A stretch of DNA of 39,748 bases from an uncultured archaeon (GTDB lineage: Archaea > Asgardarchaeota > Lokiarchaeia > Sigyniarchaeales > SOKP01): the NCBI GenBank assembly GCA_964388035.1, contig CAYLZE010000042.1, positions 1 through 39,748 on the forward strand. Reading direction: 5' to 3'. The notes under the pieces are model-generated. The model ran no database searches, had not been told where the DNA came from, and was given only the letters and a program-made list of their open reading frames with translations. The number at the start of each line of letters is the position of its first letter. The stretch's first letter is position 1. This document shows, one piece after another, positions 1 through 10,770 of this stretch. The position numbers and the translations under genes are program-made.

Positions 1-726
1 GGAATATCGGGTAAACAGATAATATATTACACGATGGGGGAAGAAAAGTGGAAAACAACCACTGTTTGGCCACCTATTGGACAAAAACATCAAATCTTAT
101 ATTTAAATGATAATTTTTCTTTAAAAAGAGAGATACCCTCAGCAGCTAATGAAGAAGATAAATATGCAATTAATTTTAATGCAACTACTGGAAAAAAGAA
201 TCGATGGTTTACCGAAATGGGGGGTGGTCCGGTTATTTATAAGAAGCGAGCAAGAGAAGACAACAAATTATTAACCTATACCAGTTCTCCTTTGACAGAA
301 GATTTAGAGATCACGGGCTTTCCTCTAATCTCTTTATACATCAAATCTACTCGTGCGGATGGCGCTATCTTTGTATACCTTGAAGATGTTGATAAAAGTG
401 GTAAGATTATTTACATAACTGAAGGTCAAATGAGGTTGATTCATCGAAAAATCTCAACTGAAACACCTTATGATAATCCAAATATCCATCACTCATATTT
501 AAGGAAAGATGGCTTACCCATGCCACCGAATAAAGTTGAAGAAATTAAATTCAGTCTCTTACCTACCTCAGTATTAATTCAAAAAGGACATAGAATTCGA
601 ATAGCTATTGCGGGAGCGGATAAAGGTACCTTTGCGAGAATACCTAAAAGGGGGAATCCCATCATAACACTACTGAGAACAAAAGGTTATCCATCTTCCA
701 TTACCCTTCCTATCATTCCAGAATAG
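1..726 (+). CDS. CocE/NonD-family hydrolase, C-terminal domain (5'-partial)
   Basis: Frame is open from base 1 (GISGKQIIYYTMGEE). Contains LTYTSSPLTEDLEITG, FVYLEDV, ITEGQMR and GHRIRIAIAGAD, typical of the CocE/PepX C-terminal jelly-roll. Confidence 0.85.
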   Translation, partial: GISGKQIIYYTMGEEKWKTTTVWPPIGQKHQILYLNDNFSLKREIPSAANEEDKYAINFNATTGKKNRWFTEMGGGPVIYKKRAREDNKLLTYTSSPLTEDLEITGFPLISLYIKSTRADGAIFVYLEDVDKSGKIIYITEGQMRLIHRKISTETPYDNPNIHHSYLRKDGLPMPPNKVEEIKFSLLPTSVLIQKGHRIRIAIAGADKGTFARIPKRGNPIITLLRTKGYPSSITLPIIPE

Positions 727-894
727 TAATATATCTGAGTGGTTCATTAATAAGTCTGATATTTTATGTATCATACAGCATAACGAAATTATGCTAATTA
801 ATATAAACTTATTAGGAGATTTTTTTTTACATTTTATTGAAGAATTACAATTTTATTCTTCAAGAATGGGGATTTTTTTATAGGGTATCTGTAA

Positions 895-2004
895 ATGAAT
901 ATCGAAGAATTTCTAATAAGAATGGAGAAACCTGAAAGAATTCGATTCAGGTTAATTTCTGAAAATGCCAATGATATAATTACTGTCATTAATGAGCAAG
1001 GAGAGATTTTGTATTTAAATGAGGCAATCCTGTTCAAAACTTTAAATTTAAGTTATTATGACGTAATTAACAGAAAAGAGAAGTTAATTCATGAAGATGA
1101 TGCAGAATTTGTAGAGAATGCAATGATGCAACTCTTTAATATTGGAACGATTTCCTTCGAAGCAAGGGTCCAACACGCAAGTGGTAATTATTTATGGTTC
1201 GATATAAAAGGAAAACGGTATTTCAAGCATTATACCTACAAAGCGGTTTTAATCGCACGAGATATTACAGAAAGAAAAAGAGCAGAACGGAAATTAAAAG
1301 GAGCGTATGAAAGGGAAAATTTCTATAAAAAGGTATTTACTCATGACATGAACAATATTCTCAATAATATTCAAACCTCTACTTCCCTTTTAAATAATTA
1401 CTTAACTTCTTCAAAGAAACCCAATAATATCGATGAAATTATTATGATATTAAATGATCAAGTAAAACGAGGAAAGGAATTGATAATGAACATCAGCTCT
1501 TTTTCAAAATTGGAAGAGTACATAATTCCATTCTATGAAATTGATCCAGAATTACAAGTAAGAACCGCCATAAAATCATTATTAGCGGGATTTCCCAATA
1601 AAAGAATTAAAGTCATCGTTGATACGGGTAAAATAGCATATAAAGTACGAGCAAATGAATTTTTATCTGAAATTTTTGAAAATCTTTTAATAAATGCCGT
1701 TAGGCATAATTCAAATGATGCTGTAAAGATATGGGTAAAATTCTCTAAAATTGAAATGCAGCAATCTAATTGGATTAAAATGGAATTTATTGATAATGGA
1801 GTGGGTGTTCCTGACTCGTTGAAAGAAATAATTTTTAAAGGAAATTTCAGTCCGAAATTATCTACTTCTCATAGTATGGGAATCGGATTATCATTGGTAA
1901 AGCAGATTATTAAAAGTTATAAGGGTAAAATTTGGGTAGAGGATCGCGTAGAAGGAGATTATTCCAAGGGAAGTAATTTTATAATTTGTCTTGCTTCCGA
2001 ATAG
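895..2004 (+). CDS. PAS-domain sensor histidine kinase (soluble)
   Basis: PAS/PAC region (ISENANDII...ARDITERK), H-box THDMNNIL, N-box FENLLINAVRH, G1 DNGVGV, G2 GIGLSLV. Confidence 0.92.
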   Translation: MNIEEFLIRMEKPERIRFRLISENANDIITVINEQGEILYLNEAILFKTLNLSYYDVINRKEKLIHEDDAEFVENAMMQLFNIGTISFEARVQHASGNYLWFDIKGKRYFKHYTYKAVLIARDITERKRAERKLKGAYERENFYKKVFTHDMNNILNNIQTSTSLLNNYLTSSKKPNNIDEIIMILNDQVKRGKELIMNISSFSKLEEYIIPFYEIDPELQVRTAIKSLLAGFPNKRIKVIVDTGKIAYKVRANEFLSEIFENLLINAVRHNSNDAVKIWVKFSKIEMQQSNWIKMEFIDNGVGVPDSLKEIIFKGNFSPKLSTSHSMGIGLSLVKQIIKSYKGKIWVEDRVEGDYSKGSNFIICLASE

Positions 2005-2090
2005 TTCTCTAAAATTAATAGATGAAAATTAAATTAATTTTCTCGATTCTGAAACTAAAAATAGAGAACTAATTTAAAATAAAATATTTA

Positions 2091-2834
2091 ATGATAAGAA
2101 TGTTTTTTTATACCATGCCTAGAACCGAAACACTTTATATGGATGACTCTTATTTGAAGCAATGGACTGCTAAGGTCATCGATGTTAAGGATAATAAGTA
2201 TATTCTTCTTGATAAAACCGCTTTTTATCCAAAAGGAGGGGGCCAGCCTCATGATATGGGTGTTATTCGAAAAAATGGAGAGGAATATAAAGTCATTTAT
2301 GTTGGGAAGTTTTCAGGAAATATAAGCCATGAAGTTGATAAACCAGGATTAAAAGTAGGTGATAAAGTTGATTGTGAGCTAGATTGGGATCGACGATATC
2401 TTTTTATGCGATACCATACCGCAGCTCATCTCATTTCTAATATATTATACAAAAAAGCTGACGCAAAAATAACAGGAAATCAAATAGAAACAGATAAGAC
2501 CCGGATTGATTTTTCCATGAAAGAATATGACCCAGAGAAATTAAAATCATTTATAGATGAAGCGAATGATATTATCAAGAAAGATGTTCCCGTTTCAACT
2601 TATTATTTAACACGAGAGGAAGTATTAAAGCAACCTCACTTAGCCAAGTTAGCAATTGGGCTACCAGAAAAAATAAAAACCTTAAGGATCGTAAAAATAG
2701 GAGATATAGATGAACAAGTTGACGCGGGAACTCACGTTAAAAATCTTAGCGAAATCAACGGGATAAAATATATCAAGTCCGTAAATAAGGGAAAGGATAA
2801 TCGAAGAGTATACTTTTTATTGAAAGAATCTTAA
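2091..2834 (+). CDS. alaXM: Alanyl-tRNA editing protein AlaX-M (true start may be the MPRTE Met at 2115)
   Basis: LYMDDSY, TAFYPKGGGQPHD, HTAAH zinc motif and DAGTHV second motif. Confidence 0.9.
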   Translation: MIRMFFYTMPRTETLYMDDSYLKQWTAKVIDVKDNKYILLDKTAFYPKGGGQPHDMGVIRKNGEEYKVIYVGKFSGNISHEVDKPGLKVGDKVDCELDWDRRYLFMRYHTAAHLISNILYKKADAKITGNQIETDKTRIDFSMKEYDPEKLKSFIDEANDIIKKDVPVSTYYLTREEVLKQPHLAKLAIGLPEKIKTLRIVKIGDIDEQVDAGTHVKNLSEINGIKYIKSVNKGKDNRRVYFLLKES

Positions 2835-3003
2835 AGAAGCTAATAAAACAATCCAATCATCACTTTACGTATAAATCAGTTCCTTCTTTTGGAAAATTAA
2901 AGCAGATTTAGTTTTTAATTCTTAATTGATTCAATAACCTTATTTAATAATCATGTCTAATTTATCTCTATATAGTTAACAATTACAACGACTGGGTAAA
3001 ATA

Positions 3004-4623
3004 ATGAATTATGATATTTTAATTAAAAATGGATTCATCGTTGATGGGGCCGGAAATCCCGGCCTGAAATGCGATCTTGGTGTAAAAGATGGAAAGATTG
3101 TGAGAATTCGCCCTAAGTTAAATTCAGATAATTCAATTAATAATATCGACGCCAGTAATCTTGTAGTAACTCCTGGTTTCATTAACATGCACTCACATAC
3201 AGATGCAATGCTTCCATTTTATAACAAAATGGATTTAGCTATTCGACAAGGAATAACAACTACCGTAATGGGCATGTGTGGGGATGGTTTGGCACCCATT
3301 CCTCCCGAAAAGCGTGAAGTATTTAAAAAATTGATGGCTCCCCCCATGGGCGGAGAACTAAAAATAACATGGGATACCTATGATAGCTACTTGAATGAAA
3401 TGAATAAATTACGGACGCCTTGCAATCTAGCATTTTGTGTAGCTTTTGGTACCATTCGAGTAGCAGGGGGCCCAGGTTTTGAAGATCGTCCTCCCACTGA
3501 GAGTGAAATGCAAAGAATGAAGGACTACGTGGCTGAGGCCATGCAAGCAGGAGCATTTGGAATGAGTACGGGATTGATTTATGCCCCGCAAGTCTTTGCA
3601 AAAACTGAAGAGATAATTGAATTAGCTAAGGTCGTTGCCCAATATAACGGATTATATTTTTCTCATATTCGGGGAGAGGGAAATACCTTGCTAGAGGCTG
3701 TTAAAGAATTCATCCGAATTGTTGAAGAATCGGGATGTATTGGTGGTCAGATTGCTCATCACAAAGTTGCAGACAAAAGATTGTGGGGTCAAAGTAAAAT
3801 TACTCTTCAATTGATAGAGGAGGCAAATAATAGAGGTGTAAATATTACTTATGATCAATATCCTTATAACAGGGGGCATTCGGGTCTTGCCACAACTCTT
3901 CCAGCGTGGGCACGAGAAGGAGGAAATGAAAAAATACTGGAGCGCCTAAAAAATTCTGAATTGAGAGAAAAAATAAAAAACGATATTATGGAAGATCAAA
4001 ATAAATGGGAATCTTGGATTAAAGCTGTGGGATTCGATCACATCTTCATTACATTCGCTAAAAGTAAAAATTGGAAAGATATCGAAGGCCTAGACATCTC
4101 AGAAATTACGAAAATAAAAGGAAAAGCGGATGATTGGGAAACTTATTTTGACATTCTAATTGATGAGAAAGCAGATGTCTCAATTACAATTGAAGGCATG
4201 GACGAGGAAGATATTCGCAGAATAATGAAAGGAAGATATCATATGGTGGGGACTGATGCCATGGCAATGATGCACTTACCTGGTTTTAAAATTAATCACC
4301 CTCGAGCGTATGGAACTTATCCTAAAATATTAGGAAAATATGTAAGAGATGAGCAAGTCCTCACCTTGGAAGATGCAATTAGAAAAATGACTTCATTTCC
4401 TGCTCAAAGAATAGGATTACGAGATAGGGGTCTATTAAGAGAAAATTATTGGGCCGATATCGTCATCTTTGATCCAAAAACAGTGAAGGATAATGCTACT
4501 TTTCAAGAACCTCACCAGTTTCCTACCGGAATAGAACACGTTCTCGTAAATGGGGTCATTGTTGTAGAAAATGAACAGCAAAAAAGAAAATATCCCGGAA
4601 AGGTGTTAAGAAGACCCGTTTAA
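3004..4623 (+). CDS. N-acyl-D-amino-acid deacylase (D-aminoacylase family amidohydrolase)
   Basis: PGFINMHSHTD, GMCG, STGLIYAP, SHIRGEG, HPRAYGTYP, ADIVIFDP. Confidence 0.9.
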   Translation: MNYDILIKNGFIVDGAGNPGLKCDLGVKDGKIVRIRPKLNSDNSINNIDASNLVVTPGFINMHSHTDAMLPFYNKMDLAIRQGITTTVMGMCGDGLAPIPPEKREVFKKLMAPPMGGELKITWDTYDSYLNEMNKLRTPCNLAFCVAFGTIRVAGGPGFEDRPPTESEMQRMKDYVAEAMQAGAFGMSTGLIYAPQVFAKTEEIIELAKVVAQYNGLYFSHIRGEGNTLLEAVKEFIRIVEESGCIGGQIAHHKVADKRLWGQSKITLQLIEEANNRGVNITYDQYPYNRGHSGLATTLPAWAREGGNEKILERLKNSELREKIKNDIMEDQNKWESWIKAVGFDHIFITFAKSKNWKDIEGLDISEITKIKGKADDWETYFDILIDEKADVSITIEGMDEEDIRRIMKGRYHMVGTDAMAMMHLPGFKINHPRAYGTYPKILGKYVRDEQVLTLEDAIRKMTSFPAQRIGLRDRGLLRENYWADIVIFDPKTVKDNATFQEPHQFPTGIEHVLVNGVIVVENEQQKRKYPGKVLRRPV

Positions 4624-4737
4624 ATTAAATAAATTTCTCACAATTATTTTTAAAAAAACTTCGAAATTTATTATTTGAATTATCTAACTTCTGAATTTAT
4701 TTTATAATTCTAAAATTAAATGAGTAGACAAAATTTA

Positions 4738-5499
4738 TTATTTCAATCCAAGAAGAATCTCAGCATTCTTATAGAGGATTTTTTCTTTCACTTCTGCTTT
4801 AAGAGGCAATTCTTGAAATTCCTTTACTGCTCTATGAAATTGCATAACAGGCCAATCCGTTGCAAATAATATCCGATCTTGCAAGAGAGTATTCCCATAG
4901 GTTAGGAGTGGTTCCCAGCCAGTACCTGGCTTTTCAATGTATTTAGGAGCAATGGCGCCAAACTCTATATAGACATGGGCTATCTCATCAATAATTATGG
5001 GTCGTCCCACGCTCATGGATCGGTTAAGGGCGAAATTAATCCCCATATGAATGGTTGCAGGAATATTTAATTCGATACATTTCGCATAAAGGGGATAGAA
5101 TTTTCGATGATTGGGCGGTAGATCTTGTACCCACGGTTGTAAATTGAGTCCTTTTAATCCTAAATCCTTTACACACCGCTCAATTTCTCTTACTGCCTTC
5201 ATTCCATCGCGTGGATCTACTGAACAATATCCTATAAATCTATCCGGATATTTTTTTACTATTTCGGCCACACGATTATTGAATGCTTTATAATCACCAA
5301 ATTCATATTCGGCTTGAAGAACTGATAGAGAAACGTCGGACTTATCCATTAATTGGATTAGTCCTTCCGCTGAAATATTCAATTTCTCAAGTAACCCATA
5401 CATTTCATCATAATGTGCCATAAAATCGGGTAGATCCTTAATATTTGCTACTTCCGCAAAATCCGTAGGAGGCAACCTTACTCGAAAATCTATTACCAT
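4738..5499 (-). CDS. Amidohydrolase_2-family protein with an apparent internal in-frame deletion
   Basis: YPDRFIGYCSVDP, YPLYAKCIELNIPATIHMG, DRILFATDWP. The usual FP..I..AHGGWPW segment is absent (DEIA joins directly to HVYIEF). Confidence 0.8.
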   Translation of the reverse strand: MVIDFRVRLPPTDFAEVANIKDLPDFMAHYDEMYGLLEKLNISAEGLIQLMDKSDVSLSVLQAEYEFGDYKAFNNRVAEIVKKYPDRFIGYCSVDPRDGMKAVREIERCVKDLGLKGLNLQPWVQDLPPNHRKFYPLYAKCIELNIPATIHMGINFALNRSMSVGRPIIIDEIAHVYIEFGAIAPKYIEKPGTGWEPLLTYGNTLLQDRILFATDWPVMQFHRAVKEFQELPLKAEVKEKILYKNAEILLGLK

Positions 5500-5648
5500 T
5501 TTTCTTATTTAAATTTCTTTATCCTTAATTATATAGATATAATAGATATAAATTGCAGTACTTCTTTTAAATACCTAATCTCTCAAAAAAAGGGGACTTT
5601 AGAATAAATTAAATTTAGTTTGAATTTAATTTTTGCTTAAGAATCTTC

Positions 5649-7277
5649 CTAATCCTTTTTCGGAAGTAATTCTTTTATCAATCTAACGCGATCTACCTTC
5701 CCAATTCTTGTTATGGGTAAATCATTAGGATCCAAAGGATATATAATAATTTTTTTGGGTACTTTATACTTTGCTAGATTGTTTTCACAGAGTTCCCTTA
5801 TCTCATTTTCATCTGCTTCTGTAAACTTTTGTCCTAATTCTGGTCCAATAACTAACCAAACAACTTCTCCTTGTATCTCATCTGGAGCAGCCAAAGCTGC
5901 ACATAATGCGACTTTTGGATGTTGAATAACCAAATCTTCAACCTCACTAGGAACAACAGTATAAGCTCCCACTCGTATAATTTGTTTAATCCTTCCCGTT
6001 ATCCAAAGACCTCCATTTTCATCAAGATGTCCCAGATCTCCCGTCTTGCAGTATCCATCCTCAGTAAATCCCGCTTTATCTTCTTTTGGCATTTTATAAT
6101 ATCTCGGTGCCGTTAATGTCCCTTTTATTATAATTTCGCCCTCTTCTCCCATTGCTTTTTCAGTTCCATTCTTATCCATTACCTTTATGATCATTCCTGG
6201 AAGAGCTTTTCCGACATAACCACTCGCTAATTTTTCGAAAGAGTCTCCAATTTCTGTAAAAGTAACTTCTGAACCTGCTTCCGTACTGCCATATCCCACG
6301 ATTATATTATCACATATATTATTCTTTATACCATTTAATAAGTCCATGGATACCTTCTCTCCGGACATAAAAACTATTTTTAAATATTTCTTGGGTTCAT
6401 AGGTAGAAAGATTGGGAAGCGAGAGAAAGATTTTAAACATGGTAGGAACTCCCCCCATAAATGTTAGATTATATTTCTGCATGGCTTTTAAAGAATCAAA
6501 AGGACTCCAAGAAGCTTGCATAATTATTTCATTACCACCTAATAATGAAGATCCAATCAGCTCTACAGTGCCACCTACATGACTTGTGGGTAAATTGACC
6601 AAGAATGGTTCATGTTTTCCTTGAGGAGATCCTATAATTTTGATCAAGTCATTTTGGATTTTCTGAAATTCTAAATAACACATTTCTACAATGTTTCTAT
6701 GAGTTAATTCAACCGCTTTAGGAAAACCTGTGGTTCCACCCGTCCAAACTACCAATGTACAATCATTTTCATCTTGAGAATTTTTTACCTCTTCAAGTTG
6801 ATCATCAAGTAAATACTCTTTTTTAATTATCTCATCAAAAGATTTACCAAGATCATGCTTTCCTACTACAATATAGTGTACATCGCCAAATTCTGAACTC
6901 AATTCTTTAAGGTTATCTGCAATTTTATTCTTTTCCCATTTATCTAAAGTAACTATTACCTTCGGACTTGAGTGAGGAATTAAATTTATGAAATCTGCTT
7001 TTTTATATGCTTTATCCATGGGGATGGTAATAGCTCCTATTTTAGATGCTCCTACGAAAGTTATCATAAATTCTGGGATAGTAGATAAAACCGTTACAAT
7101 AGTATCTCCTTTTCTAACTCCCATATCCAATAGGGCTTTAGCAAATTGATCGGTTTTTTCTTTTAGTTCTTTAGCTTTAATTTCCTCTTTCTTATATCGT
7201 ATAAAAACAAACTCAGGATCTTCTTTCGCCCAAAAATCTACATACTCCCAGAAATACTTTAATTTTGGAATTTCCAT
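5649..7277 (-). CDS. AMP-binding acyl-CoA synthetase (class I adenylate-forming enzyme)
   Basis: WTGGTTGFPKAV P-loop, GYGSTE, TGDLG, GRIKQII, KYKVPK, RIGK. Confidence 0.92.
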   Translation of the reverse strand: MEIPKLKYFWEYVDFWAKEDPEFVFIRYKKEEIKAKELKEKTDQFAKALLDMGVRKGDTIVTVLSTIPEFMITFVGASKIGAITIPMDKAYKKADFINLIPHSSPKVIVTLDKWEKNKIADNLKELSSEFGDVHYIVVGKHDLGKSFDEIIKKEYLLDDQLEEVKNSQDENDCTLVVWTGGTTGFPKAVELTHRNIVEMCYLEFQKIQNDLIKIIGSPQGKHEPFLVNLPTSHVGGTVELIGSSLLGGNEIIMQASWSPFDSLKAMQKYNLTFMGGVPTMFKIFLSLPNLSTYEPKKYLKIVFMSGEKVSMDLLNGIKNNICDNIIVGYGSTEAGSEVTFTEIGDSFEKLASGYVGKALPGMIIKVMDKNGTEKAMGEEGEIIIKGTLTAPRYYKMPKEDKAGFTEDGYCKTGDLGHLDENGGLWITGRIKQIIRVGAYTVVPSEVEDLVIQHPKVALCAALAAPDEIQGEVVWLVIGPELGQKFTEADENEIRELCENNLAKYKVPKKIIIYPLDPNDLPITRIGKVDRVRLIKELLPKKD

Positions 7278-7517
7278 TTAATATCCTCTATTTTTAATTA
7301 TATTTATGTTTATTTACAATAATGTGAATTCTAATTACTATTTACATCATAATATGGTAGGATGGAGAAATCTGCCTCTTATTAATAATTTTTGTACTGA
7401 TGTTTAAAATGGAGGATCTTAACGAGTAAATTTTAAGGAATAAATTTAATATAAGAAAGAAAGCAATATAATACTAGAGATTTTAAATTTTATTAGCAAC
7501 TCACGTGAAATAGAAGA

Positions 7518-9140
7518 ATGGATATCATAATTAAAAATGGTAAAATAATTGACGGAGCAGGGAATCCTTGGTTTTGGGGAGATATCGGAATAAAGGAAGG
7601 AAAAATTCAAGTTATAGGAAACCTCAAGAGTGAATCAGCAGAAAAAGTCATTGATGCTAACAAAATGATAGTATGTCCCGGTTTCATTGATGTCCATAGT
7701 CATGCAGACGCTACTAATTTCATTAATCCAAAACAAGAAAGCTTTTTACATCAAGGCATTACTACGACAATATCAGGAAATTGCGGTTATGGCTTAGCAC
7801 CTATAAGTAAAGCACGAATGGAACAAATCAAGAAATATTTAGGAGATATTATTCCCCCTGGAAGTTCTTTTAGAATTGATTGGACTACTTTTGCTGAATA
7901 TTTGAAAAAGATTGAAGAAGTTGGCATCGCATCAAATATTTCATTACTATTAGGTCACGGTACACTTCGAATCTCGGTTATGGGAGGTGATGCAAGAGCA
8001 CCTACGGAAAAGGAATTGGAAGAGATGAGAGCTCATGTTAAAGAAGCGATGGAGGCAGGAGCTCTCGGGCTTTCTACCGGGTTACTTTATCCTCCGGGAA
8101 TTTTTGCAAAAACAGAAGAGATTATTGAACTATGTAAGGTAGTCTCTGATTATGGAGGATATTATTTTTCTCACATACGCTCCTATGGTTCAAAATTAAT
8201 GAAATCTATAAAGGAGGCAATAAAGATTGGAAAGGAAGCAAATGTTCCCGTGCAAATTTCCCATTTATCTATTTTTGGAAAGCCCTTTTTTGGTTCGGGT
8301 CAGAAGCTATTAGAATTTCTGGACAAAAAGAGAGCGGAAGGAGTAGAAATTAATTCAGACATGCATCCATATGACTCTGTTCAAACGGACATGCAAATGC
8401 TTCTTCCCCCTTGGATTTTTGATGGGGGAAAGAAGAAAACTCTTGAGCGGTTGAAGGATCCCGAAATGCGTAAAAAGATTAAGCACGATCAACTTAATGG
8501 ATATGAAGGATGGGATGAATGGTTTCCCCTAGATATCATAGGATGGGAAAATATTTTACCTATAATGTTGAAGTCTGAGAAGTATAAAGCACTAGAGGGG
8601 AAAAATCTGAAAGAAATCGCTGAGTTAGATGAAAAAGATTTATACGACGAAATTTATGATTTATTGATTGAAGAGGAAGTAGATGCCAACATGATAATAA
8701 CGCATTTGAGAGGGAAAGAAGATATGGTAAATTTCATGAAAAATCCTATAATTGCATTCGAAACAGACGCTGCTGCAGCGGCTCCATATGGACCACTTTC
8801 TAAAGGAAAACCACATCCAAGGGGATATGGCACGTATCCTAAATTTTTGGGAGAATTTGTTAGAGAAAGGAAAATATTAACCCTTGAGGAGGCAATTAAA
8901 AAAAGCACTTCCCTTCCCGCTCAAATGGCTTCGATCCGAGACAGAGGGTTAATAAAGCCGGGATTTTGGGCAGATATCGTAATCTTCAATCCCGATACTA
9001 TAATTGATATGGCAACGTATCCGAATCCGCATCAATATCCCATTGGCATTAATCATGTTATTGTAAATGGTGAAATAGTTATTGAAAAAGGAACACACTC
9101 AGGTTTATTACCCGGAAAAGTTTTAAGACATTCCATTTAA
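7518..9140 (+). CDS. N-acyl-D-amino-acid deacylase, second paralog
   Basis: PGFIDVHSHAD, GNCG, STGLLYPPG, SHIR, HPRGYGTYP. Colinear with 3004..4623. Confidence 0.9.
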   Translation: MDIIIKNGKIIDGAGNPWFWGDIGIKEGKIQVIGNLKSESAEKVIDANKMIVCPGFIDVHSHADATNFINPKQESFLHQGITTTISGNCGYGLAPISKARMEQIKKYLGDIIPPGSSFRIDWTTFAEYLKKIEEVGIASNISLLLGHGTLRISVMGGDARAPTEKELEEMRAHVKEAMEAGALGLSTGLLYPPGIFAKTEEIIELCKVVSDYGGYYFSHIRSYGSKLMKSIKEAIKIGKEANVPVQISHLSIFGKPFFGSGQKLLEFLDKKRAEGVEINSDMHPYDSVQTDMQMLLPPWIFDGGKKKTLERLKDPEMRKKIKHDQLNGYEGWDEWFPLDIIGWENILPIMLKSEKYKALEGKNLKEIAELDEKDLYDEIYDLLIEEEVDANMIITHLRGKEDMVNFMKNPIIAFETDAAAAAPYGPLSKGKPHPRGYGTYPKFLGEFVRERKILTLEEAIKKSTSLPAQMASIRDRGLIKPGFWADIVIFNPDTIIDMATYPNPHQYPIGINHVIVNGEIVIEKGTHSGLLPGKVLRHSI

Positions 9141-9240
9141 ACATGCTCTAAGATTTTGATCTTTTTTCCCCTTTTAATTTATATTAAAATTAGTCATGAT
9201 TGAATAAAAGCAGAATTGGAGTTGACCTTATATTTTAAAT

Positions 9241-10686
9241 TTGAATGAAATACGAAAGAAATTCCATCAGCATCCCGAAACATGTTGGACTGAATTTTGG
9301 ACAACTAGCGAGATTTGCGCACATTTAGAATCCTTTGGATATAAATTAATGATGGGAAGAGAAATAATTATAAAAAATCTGAGGGAAAATGTTCCCAATG
9401 CAATGCTCATGGATCAGCACTACCATAAGGCAGTGGATCTCGGATCAAATATAAAGTATCTTGAAAAAATGAAGGGTGGATTGACTGGAGTTATTGCAAA
9501 ATTAGATACTGGTAGGCCTGGTCCTGTAATTGCCTTCCGATCAGATATAGATGCATTACCTATCACCGAATCTAAGCTCCATGAGCATAGACCTGCAAGG
9601 GAAGGCTGGCGATCGAAAAATGAAGGTATCATGCATGCTTGCGGTCATGACGTTCACATGACTATCGGTTTAGGAATAGCAGAATATTTAGCAAGAAATA
9701 GAGATTCCCTGAGAGGCACGTTTATAATGATTTTTACTCCTGCTGAAGAAGGTGGAAAGGGATGCTTGAGTATTAGCAAATTACCAATCATTAGCAAGAT
9801 ACATTATTTTTTTGCCTACCACATCTTGACCATGGATCTCAATGGAACAAATTTTATTATTCCGCAGATGATTTTTCGATTTGTAGAAGTTTATAAAGTT
9901 GAATTTACAAAAAGTAAAAAAAATGGCAAGCCAAAATCAGGTGAAAAACTAAAAGTAGAGCAAAATATTATTTCTGAAGTCATGGAAGAAGATAAAGAGG
10001 AATCCATTTTCGAACTCATACATGAGAAAATAAAAGCAAATGCTACAAAACCTTTTAAAGGAGATAACGCGTTAATGGCAGGATGTTCTGCCATTCTCAA
10101 TATTAAATCAATTCCCCGGAATCCTACGGGATATTCTAGAGTATCAATGACTGATTTTCATTCTGGACAAGTTAATCCAGAAACACCGTTTACAATATTT
10201 AAGAATGCAGATCCTTTTGGATTCCTACTTATTATTCGAGCGGATAACGATGAGATTGGAAGTTATATTAAAGAAAAGACATTACATGTCTTAGAATCAA
10301 GTGCCCAATTATTTGATGTAAGCGTGAGTATTAATATAATTAATAATTATTCGTATCCTGCGTGGAATTCTAATGATCCTTTTTTAATGGATCTCATTGC
10401 AACTACTTGGAAAGAAATGCAAAATGATGAGACGATCATTCGTCATCCGTTTGGAGAGCTAGGAAGTGATGATTGCATCTATATCATGAAAAATATCTTG
10501 CAGTATCATGGCAAACCAATATACACTGGATTGGTTTCAGATAATCATGGCGGGGCGTTTACAGAAATCCATACTCCAAGATTTGATATTGATGATTCCA
10601 TTTTGCAAATGGGCGTAGATTTGATTATAAATTGTATTAAAAAAATCTTGACTGATTTTCAGAAGAAATCAACTCATGTGACTTGA
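9241..10686 (+). CDS. M20-family amidohydrolase (AbgA-like)
   Basis: FHQHPETCWTEF, RSDIDALP, MHACGHDVH, PAEEGG, GSDD, HTPRFDID. The TTG start is uncertain. Confidence 0.82.
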   Translation: MNEIRKKFHQHPETCWTEFWTTSEICAHLESFGYKLMMGREIIIKNLRENVPNAMLMDQHYHKAVDLGSNIKYLEKMKGGLTGVIAKLDTGRPGPVIAFRSDIDALPITESKLHEHRPAREGWRSKNEGIMHACGHDVHMTIGLGIAEYLARNRDSLRGTFIMIFTPAEEGGKGCLSISKLPIISKIHYFFAYHILTMDLNGTNFIIPQMIFRFVEVYKVEFTKSKKNGKPKSGEKLKVEQNIISEVMEEDKEESIFELIHEKIKANATKPFKGDNALMAGCSAILNIKSIPRNPTGYSRVSMTDFHSGQVNPETPFTIFKNADPFGFLLIIRADNDEIGSYIKEKTLHVLESSAQLFDVSVSINIINNYSYPAWNSNDPFLMDLIATTWKEMQNDETIIRHPFGELGSDDCIYIMKNILQYHGKPIYTGLVSDNHGGAFTEIHTPRFDIDDSILQMGVDLIINCIKKILTDFQKKSTHVT

Positions 10687-10770
10687 TTCTTGTATTTTTT
10701 TTTCTTCAAAATTTAAGAAAAAGAAAAGGAAAATAGAATAATAGATTAGAATTTTAATGTTCGATATTAA

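Noticed and set aside
777-795. Short palindromes AGCATAA-N5-TTATGCT (777-795) and GTATTGA-N6-TCAATAC (29304-29323)
   Set aside because: 7-bp arms are expected by chance in AT-rich DNA, and no second copy was noticed.
2715-2738. AlaX second zinc motif reads DAGTH instead of CGGTH
   Set aside because: Asp at this position is, to my knowledge, seen in other archaeal AlaX-M proteins, so it is not treated as novel.
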